Shown here: piece by piece, positions 54,549-55,102 of the stretch
Layout: every line of letters starts with the position of its first letter
How positions within the stretch are numbered: the stretch's first letter is position 1
Source of the DNA: an uncultured bacterium
GTDB lineage: Bacteria > Patescibacteriota > Minisyncoccia > Phycocordibacterales > UBA9973
Assembly: GCA_937903035.1 (NCBI GenBank)
Contig: CALCZP010000003.1
Coordinates: forward strand, 131,156 to 186,257
Reading direction: 5' to 3'
DNA: 55,102 nucleotides
Position numbers and translations under genes: made by a program
The notes under the pieces: generated by a model
Database searches by the model: none
Seen by the model: only the letters and a program-made list of their open reading frames with translations
Told to the model about the DNA's origin: nothing

Positions 54549-55102
<554 letters not shown>

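Overview
This is a 55.1-kb, gene-dense chromosome segment with short intergenic gaps and many overlapping stop/start codons. It reads like a small-genome Patescibacteria/CPR-type bacterium. That placement is an inference from four things: a divergent 16S 5' end with compensated changes in the 515F primer site, a secretin-less type IV pilus locus, domain-reduced housekeeping proteins, and almost no Shine-Dalgarno sites.

Content in order:
- A 5'-truncated MmeI-like type IIL R-M gene coupled to an Rx4H (HEPN-like) ORF, in an AT-rich islet.
- rplT-rpmI-infC, truB, ssrA (tmRNA) and smpB, ftsH, a first capA-like gene, recG, an RRM protein and a TMEM175-like channel.
- Eight tRNAs: Ile-UAU, Ser-GCU, Ser-ACU, two CAU, Asp-GUC, Thr-GGU and Thr-CGU.
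- An 11.6-kb pilM-N-O / pilB / REC / pilT / pilC / pilin / pilD / four minor-pilin locus, with a divergent comFC.
- ligA, gatCA, a D-Ala-D-Ala carboxypeptidase, a DEAD-box helicase, typA, rnr, a second capA-like gene, thrS and rpmF.
- A NusB-Nudix fusion, rnc, a 752-aa SMC, a MazG-like gene, and the first ~550 nt of 16S rRNA.

I saw no transposase, integrase, CRISPR array or prophage genes.

Most noteworthy observations:
1. An uncharacterised three-gene cassette (52-aa coiled coil, 381-aa acidic plus glycine-zipper protein, 58-aa acidic protein) sits between comFC and the pilus locus.
2. A recurrent TG-n-TAnnnT box lies 6-9 nt upstream of many ATGs, implying pervasive leaderless mRNAs. Two ORFs start 1-3 nt after a tRNA 3' end (tRNA-punctuated).
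3. The tRNA set is unusual: Ser with anticodon ACU (A34), Ile with UAU, and a CAU tRNA with an A54/U58 T-loop.
4. NusB is fused to a perfect Nudix box, next to rnc.
5. The housekeeping SMC has no recognisable hinge.
6. An orphan ~190-nt terminator-capped non-coding transcript lies between the TMEM175-like gene and tRNA-Ser.

All functional calls rest on motif recognition by eye. No database search was run.
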